Source: Alphaproteobacteria bacterium
GTDB taxonomy: Bacteria; Pseudomonadota; Alphaproteobacteria; CBDDJK01
Length of the DNA stretch: 64,000 bases
Assembly (NCBI GenBank): GCA_965229605.1
Contig: OZ245892.1
Coordinates: 72,102 to 136,101, forward strand
Reading direction: 5' to 3'
Under the pieces are notes generated by a model. It searched no databases, was not told the DNA's origin, and was given only the letters and a program-made list of their open reading frames with translations. The position numbers and the translations under genes were made by a program. Every line of letters begins with the position of its first letter. The stretch's first letter is position 1. This document shows, piece by piece, positions 59,343 through 64,000 of the stretch.

Positions 59343-59666
59343 TTAAGCCGCTTTGGAGGGGCCAAGAGCCTCCTGCAATTCGCCGGATTCAAACATCTCG
59401 CGGATAATATCACAGCCGCCAACAAATTTTCCGTCAATATAAAGCTGCGGAATCGTCGGCCAGTCGGAATATTCCTTGATGCCCTGGCGAATATCCTCGT
59501 CTGCCAGCACGTCTACCCCTTTGAAAGGCTGGTCAAGATGATTGAGAATCTGCACAACAGTCGAAGAAAAACCACATTGAGGAAAGACTGGCGTGCCTTT
59601 CATAAAAAGCGTCACCGGGTTTTCTTTAATAATTTCATCAATCTGGGCTTTGGTCTCGGGGGTCAT
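59343..59666 (-). CDS. grxD: Grx4-family monothiol glutaredoxin
   Basis: [18 protein letters not shown] carries the CGFS active site. Also [19 protein letters not shown]. Confidence 0.9.
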   Translation of the reverse strand: MTPETKAQIDEIIKENPVTLFMKGTPVFPQCGFSSTVVQILNHLDQPFKGVDVLADEDIRQGIKEYSDWPTIPQLYIDGKFVGGCDIIREMFESGELQEALGPSKAA

Positions 59667-59727
59667 ATCAATCTCCTTAAATATAGAATGTTCTTAACTG
59701 CAGAATGTTCTTAACTACAGGCGCTGG

Positions 59728-60639
59728 TCAACCAAGAATCGGGGAAGTCTGATTGGCCGGAATAGCCTCCAAAATGAAACCATGCAGCTTTTCAAGGGCG
59801 CGGGCCTCAATCTGGCGAACGCGCTCCCGGCTGACCCGTAGCTCCTCACTCAGGTTCTCAAGGGTGCGGCCCGGCTCAACAAGACGACGCTGCTCCACAA
59901 CATAGCGCTCCCGGTCATTCAGCCGATCAAGGGCACCAGCCAATAAAGTATGATGCATCTCAATCTCTTGCTTCTCAGCCGCTTGCTGCTCAGGTGTGGC
60001 CTGATCATCTTCAAGATTGTCGATCCATTCGCTGACATCGCCGCCATCCTGCCCGCTGATTGGCGCGTTCAACGATACATCCCCACCAGACAACCGTCCG
60101 TTCATCGAGGCCACATCTTTCTCATCAACCTGCAAGTCAGAAGCAATGCGCTTCAGGTTTTCCGGCGACAGCTCTCCGTCCTCATAGGCCGCAAGACGGG
60201 CTTTGGCACGCCGCAAGTTGAAAAATAATTTCTTTTGGGCCGAGGTGGTTCCAATCTTGACCAGCGACCAACTGCGCAGGATAAACTCCTGAATCGAGGC
60301 GCGGATCCACCACATCGCATAGGTTGCAAGACGAAAGCCCCGTTCGGGTTCAAATTTCTTGACGGCCTGCATCATGCCGATATTGCCTTCTGCAATCAGT
60401 TCGGAAACCGGCAACCCATAGCCCCGGTAGCCCATGGCAATTTTGGCCACCAGCCGCAGGTGAGAGGTGACAAGCGCATGGGCTGCATTGGTGTCGTTAT
60501 GTTCTTGCCAGCGTTTTGCCAGCATATATTCTTCCTCGGCGGTGAGCATCGGGAACTTGCGAATATCCGCAAGATAGCGGCTTAGCCCTGCATCATCTTG
60601 TAAGGCTGGCACCGGAGGCGTTGAACGAGCAGACATCAA
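59728..60639 (-). CDS. rpoH: RNA polymerase sigma-32 factor RpoH
   Basis: Sigma-70 regions 2 and 4 plus the RpoH box (QKKLFFNLRRAKARL). Confidence 0.9.
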   Translation of the reverse strand: MMSARSTPPVPALQDDAGLSRYLADIRKFPMLTAEEEYMLAKRWQEHNDTNAAHALVTSHLRLVAKIAMGYRGYGLPVSELIAEGNIGMMQAVKKFEPERGFRLATYAMWWIRASIQEFILRSWSLVKIGTTSAQKKLFFNLRRAKARLAAYEDGELSPENLKRIASDLQVDEKDVASMNGRLSGGDVSLNAPISGQDGGDVSEWIDNLEDDQATPEQQAAEKQEIEMHHTLLAGALDRLNDRERYVVEQRRLVEPGRTLENLSEELRVSRERVRQIEARALEKLHGFILEAIPANQTSPILG

Positions 60640-60711
60640 ATATTGTCCTTTTTTTGCGGTATAGTTTTTTATTTTCTCGGAATGGTTTTTAGACCTGTCA
60701 GGATCATTTTT

Positions 60712-60740
60712 ATATAGGACTATTTTAGTCCTCTTTCAAG
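60712..60740 (-). promoter_or_regulatory. putative sigma-32-type promoter of rpoH (CTTGAAA-N14-TCCTATAT) with a 15-bp palindrome in the spacer
   Basis: On the minus strand, cttgaaa at 60740..60734 matches the sigma-32 -35 consensus. tcctatat, 14 nt downstream, partly matches CCCCATNT. The palindrome GGACTATTTTAGTCC (60717..60731) overlaps the spacer and the -10 element. Confidence 0.4.
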
Positions 60741-60789
60741 CGCTTTCTTTTTTTCTTGTGGAATTATCTTGTAAAATTATAGGCGCAAA

Positions 60790-61977
60790 TCATATCGGGC
60801 GCACAAGATTGGGGATCAGAGGCGCATCCCCGGACTCAGGGAAAAGCGTTGCCAGATCAGAGGGCGAAAATTTCCATATATATTGGGCGATTGTTTTATA
60901 AAGGCTGCGGCTGTCAACAGAAGGCGGCAGCACGGCCCGGCCTTCAAGTCCTGGCCATTGTCCGATGGTTTGCCTGCCCTGGACCTGTCCACCAGCAAGA
61001 AAGGCCAGTCCCCCCAGCCCATGGTCGGTGCCGCCGGTTTGATTGATCGGGATAGAGCGGCCAAATTCACTTGTTGCGACGATAAGCGTATCGTCCCAGA
61101 TTGAGGAAAGATTTTTGCGGACAATGGCAAAAGCATGAGCCACGGCAGCCATGCGCCTGGCCAGAATCCCGCTTTCAGCCCCTTGCCTGAAATGGGTGTC
61201 AAAGCCGCGTGTCGCCAGAACCGCGACGCGTAAAGACCGCTGCAAGGCGAATTGACGGGTGACCTCTTCCATCATGACCGGCAAGGCCTGTGCATCCAGA
61301 TCAAATCTTGAATCGGTATCGTGCTGAGGGGTCAGCCGATAAAATTCATCATTTTCGATGATTCTCAATTCCTCCAGAGCAGCGGCAAGAGCCTGGTCAG
61401 TTGCAAAACTGTTGCCCGCGATATGATCAAGCGAAATAAAACGTTGCGCAGCCTGTCCACTGTCGGTTTGCCGAACCTGCTCCAGCTGGCGCAGATCAGG
61501 CTGAAGCGGGGTAAAGCCGCCAGCAGCACTCAGGCAGCGGCCAAGCCAGCCGGAGGGGTTGATCGCCATCTGTTGGGCCGAGGCCTGACCACTGTTCATC
61601 ATACGGCGGGCTTCTTCATGGTCGCTTCCACGATAGGGGCTGGCGATGCTGGGGATAAAGGCCAGGTCCCCTTGTTCCCATAAGGGCCAAAAAACCTTCT
61701 CGACAGCCGGGTGCAGCGCAAATAAATTATCCAATGGCACCCCTGCAGGATGTCCACTTGAGTCAACCATGGCCAGGTCGCGCCGGGCGTTGCGATAGGC
61801 GGGGTCTCCCCACGGAATAAGCATCGAAAGCCCGTCAAGCCCGCCTTGCAAAAGGATCAGGATTAAATATTTTGACGGTCTGATATCTTGCGCGCGCGCG
61901 TCAGACGATAGCGGTGGCGGCAGCCCGCTTGCTAACGCGAACGCCCCGCCTCCGGCCAGGAAAAGGCGGCGATTCAT
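60790..61977 (-). CDS. DUF1501 domain-containing protein (Tat-signal, sulfatase-like fold)
   Basis: Twin-arginine signal MNRRLFLAGGGAFALA, used as the start (the ORF is open to 62022). Conserved DUF1501 motifs include GGTDHG near the C-terminus. Confidence 0.7.
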   Translation of the reverse strand: MNRRLFLAGGGAFALASGLPPPLSSDARAQDIRPSKYLILILLQGGLDGLSMLIPWGDPAYRNARRDLAMVDSSGHPAGVPLDNLFALHPAVEKVFWPLWEQGDLAFIPSIASPYRGSDHEEARRMMNSGQASAQQMAINPSGWLGRCLSAAGGFTPLQPDLRQLEQVRQTDSGQAAQRFISLDHIAGNSFATDQALAAALEELRIIENDEFYRLTPQHDTDSRFDLDAQALPVMMEEVTRQFALQRSLRVAVLATRGFDTHFRQGAESGILARRMAAVAHAFAIVRKNLSSIWDDTLIVATSEFGRSIPINQTGGTDHGLGGLAFLAGGQVQGRQTIGQWPGLEGRAVLPPSVDSRSLYKTIAQYIWKFSPSDLATLFPESGDAPLIPNLVRPI

Positions 61978-61990
61978 CTGATAATTTTTA

Positions 61991-62002
61991 GGGTCAGGAC
62001 CT
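61991..62002. repeat. copy 4 of the 12-bp palindrome (GGGTCAGGACCt)
   Basis: Direct read. It lies about 15 bp upstream of the proposed DUF1501 start codon. Confidence 0.55.
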
Positions 62003-62035
62003 ATAAACAGCTTTGAAGCCATAGCACAGGGCAGC

Positions 62036-63019
62036 TTATCGCGATTTCAAGCGATCAGCAAATTGATTAAGCGCACGGCCTGCGCCCATATCATGTTTGG
62101 CAAGAACCCGTTGAACGGCGACCAGACATTCATCGCGGATGGCCTCCAGCTCCCGCACAGACTTTCCGTCAGCTTGTTGCGCTGTTCCGTCAACAAACCG
62201 GTCGATGATATCCTGGCTGAGCTCCGGGGCCTTGAGGTGTGTCCAGGGCAATTTCAGGGCCGGGCCAAATTGTTCCATAAAATGGCGGGCGCCGCCTTTG
62301 CCGCCAGCCATCATATAAAGCTGGTTCATGCCCATGATTGACCAGCGCAACCCCGGCCCATAGACAATGCTTTCATCCAGTTCGGCAGTTGTGGCCAGAT
62401 CATCATTCAGCATGTGAAGGATTTCTCGCCACATGGCTTCTTGTAAACGGTCACTTAAATGGCCCGGCACTTCCCGGCGGACAATCAAAGGATGCATTGC
62501 CAGCGACTGATAAAAGGCGACCGCATGGGTGACGGCTTGCGGATCAGTCTTTTTTCCTGCCACGACTTCAACCAGCGGGCATAGATAAACCGGGTTGAAC
62601 GGATGGCCCACCAACAGGCGTGCCGGATGATCAAGACCGGCTTGCAAGTCGGAGGGCATAAACCCGGATGTGGAGGAGGCTATAATCACATCTTCAGGGG
62701 CGACTCCCGCCACAGTCTTTAAGGCGGCGCACTTGATATCCATGGATTCTGGAACATTTTCCTGAATGAAGTCGCAGGATTCGGCCATGTGACGTATATC
62801 CGTGGTAAAATTCAGGCTTCCGGACGGCGGCATCGGAAGTCCTTCCGTCAAGGCCTGTAAACTCTGTGCGGCTATATGCACCGTTTCACGCAGCCAGCTT
62901 TCCATTTCCGGGTCTTTATCGGCGGCGATGACATCAAACCCGCAATGAAGTGCGCGTGCCGCCCATCCAGCCCCGATCACGCCAGTTCCCAGCAGCCCCA
63001 ATGTTTTGATGGCGCGCAT
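62036..63019 (-). CDS. lcdH: L-carnitine dehydrogenase (3-hydroxyacyl-CoA dehydrogenase family)
   Basis: Rossmann IKTLGLLGTGVIGAGWA, then SSTSGFMPSDLQ...HPFNPVYLCPLVEVVAGKKTD, closely matching the LcdH family. The start was set at the internal Met. Confidence 0.75.
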   Translation of the reverse strand: MRAIKTLGLLGTGVIGAGWAARALHCGFDVIAADKDPEMESWLRETVHIAAQSLQALTEGLPMPPSGSLNFTTDIRHMAESCDFIQENVPESMDIKCAALKTVAGVAPEDVIIASSTSGFMPSDLQAGLDHPARLLVGHPFNPVYLCPLVEVVAGKKTDPQAVTHAVAFYQSLAMHPLIVRREVPGHLSDRLQEAMWREILHMLNDDLATTAELDESIVYGPGLRWSIMGMNQLYMMAGGKGGARHFMEQFGPALKLPWTHLKAPELSQDIIDRFVDGTAQQADGKSVRELEAIRDECLVAVQRVLAKHDMGAGRALNQFADRLKSR

Positions 63020-63020
63020 T

Positions 63021-63518
63021 TTATCCTCCCTTTCCGATATCGGGTGCTTTGCGGCGAATGCCAATAAATCCGGCCCGCGGATTCAAGGTGGCGATATGGT
63101 CTTCGGCAAGCTGGCTATTTTCTATGCGGGCCTGGACAGCGTCCGGGAAGGGGGCGGCACGCGGGGTTTCTTCGGCCTGGCTGATATGCAGGCAAAGCGA
63201 TTCGCACACAGACACCGTGACCTCCCCGCTTTTCAAGACCTGATAAAAATGCAGGGCTTTTGTATTGTAATCCAGCACAAAAGTCTCAACCTGCAATGTG
63301 GCTCCGACCTTGATCTCATTCAGGTAAAAGCGGTGATCCTCGACCGCATAAAGGGTGCCTTTCTCGCGCGCCCGATAGGCCGCATCAAGCCCGATCTCGT
63401 CCATCAGATCATCAATCGCCGCACTGAACACAACGCCGTAATAGGCATCGCGCATATGACCGTTATAATCAATCCAGTCCGGCGAAACAGCCGAATCGTG
63501 CAAGAAAACAGGCTTCAT
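63021..63518 (-). CDS. thioesterase-superfamily (hotdog fold) protein of the carnitine-catabolism cluster
   Basis: 165-aa 4HBT-like protein positioned between the BKACE and lcdH genes, as in carnitine-degradation operons. Confidence 0.6.
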   Translation of the reverse strand: MKPVFLHDSAVSPDWIDYNGHMRDAYYGVVFSAAIDDLMDEIGLDAAYRAREKGTLYAVEDHRFYLNEIKVGATLQVETFVLDYNTKALHFYQVLKSGEVTVSVCESLCLHISQAEETPRAAPFPDAVQARIENSQLAEDHIATLNPRAGFIGIRRKAPDIGKGG

Positions 63519-64000
63519 TTCAGGCCCAGCTGCTCGCGGGCATACCCGGCATCGCGGACGGTGGCCCCCATGGCTTCGATAATTCCACGGGCTTTTTCAA
63601 CAAGCTGCGCATTGCTGGCATAGACGCCGCGTGAAAGATAAAGATTGTCTTCAAGGCCAACCCGCACATGCCCACCCAGCAGAACCGCCCCGGCCACCAT
63701 CGGCATTTGCATCCGGCTGATGGCAAAGCAGGACCAGAAAGAATGATCCGGAATCATCCCGACCAGGGCAGAAATCATGCCCATATCCATCGGCATGCCC
63801 CAGGGGATATTGGTGCAAAGCTGAAGCATCGGCGGGTCCTCGACCAGCCCTTCCTTGATCATTTGCAGGGAAAAAGCCAGATTGCCGGTGTCAAAGATTT
63901 CAAGCTCCGGCTTGACGCCAAGATCACGGACAATTTCAGCCCCTTTGCGCAGATAGGGCGTTGGCGAGACATAGGCGCGATTGACATCTCCGAAATTAAC
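63515..64000 (-). CDS. BKACE-family (3-keto-5-aminohexanoate cleavage enzyme-like / 3-dehydrocarnitine cleavage) protein, C-terminal part; the gene continues past the window end
   Basis: The C-terminus matches the DUF849/BKACE TIM-barrel tail (HVRVGLEDNLYLSRGVYASNAQLVEKA). The ORF runs off the window. Confidence 0.6.
   Translation of the reverse strand, partial: VNFGDVNRAYVSPTPYLRKGAEIVRDLGVKPELEIFDTGNLAFSLQMIKEGLVEDPPMLQLCTNIPWGMPMDMGMISALVGMIPDHSFWSCFAISRMQMPMVAGAVLLGGHVRVGLEDNLYLSRGVYASNAQLVEKARGIIEAMGATVRDAGYAREQLGLK

Noticed and set aside
1-64000. tRNA, rRNA or tmRNA genes.
   Set aside because: I scanned intergenic regions for T-loop (GGTTCGAATCC-like) and D-loop (TAGCTCAG-like) signatures and found none. 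All intergenic spaces are short or AT-rich promoter-like.

Overview
This window is dense, mostly minus-strand chromosomal DNA of about 55% GC that looks alphaproteobacterial from its gene content and synteny. There are no rRNA or tRNA genes, no CRISPR array and no transposase.

Reading left to right:
- A partial sseA, a GNAT gene, moaE-moaD, ribE, a BI-1 gene, the complete pstS-pstC-pstA-pstB-phoU operon, DUF192, purA, hisZ and ybaB.
- On the plus strand, DUF1640, an orphan acidic protein and epmA.
- A 1.6-kb low-GC islet carrying a SAM methyltransferase and a triple-hairpin structure.
- ftsK, rdgB, an mreC-like gene, a peroxiredoxin, an ABC-2 exporter, moaB, rpmE, dapE-dapD, tandem mlaD paralogs, an NDUFA12-like gene, rhlE, a cupin-4 oxygenase, gltX, a chorismate mutase–hisC–tyrC block and parC.
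- A P-loop kinase, an orphan FlgL-like flagellin-family gene, a solo hicB, a degenerate M24 protein, pyrC-like plus pyrB, TRAP dctQM, hflX, plsY, lpxC, DUF3179, an IlvD/EDD dehydratase, ispE and a PfkB kinase.
- cdnL with a small methyltransferase, grxD, rpoH, DUF1501, and the start of a carnitine-catabolism cluster (lcdH, a thioesterase and a BKACE-family gene).

The most interesting locus is at 54.3–58.1 kb. It has a 507-aa protein whose metal-ligand spacing matches, with no gaps, what I recall for the heme-oxygenase-like diiron N-oxygenase SznF, plus an SznF-like three-histidine C-terminal cupin. It is followed by a Rieske [2Fe-2S] protein and an APC amino-acid permease, and preceded by a divergent promoter carrying repeated CCGACAtTTTG operator-like sites.

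Other notable signals:
- A 12-bp palindrome, GGGTCAGGACCC, occurs four times, always just upstream of a start codon.
- The AT-rich islet (14.66–16.27 kb) holds three consecutive long hairpins bracketed by two copies of that palindrome.
- A perfect 21-bp palindrome lies in the pstS promoter region.
- A perfect 4 x 15-bp tandem array sits between parC and a kinase gene.
- Several in-frame tandem micro-duplications occur inside conserved genes.
- The dihydroorotase-like partner of pyrB and the M24 homologue both look catalytically degenerate.
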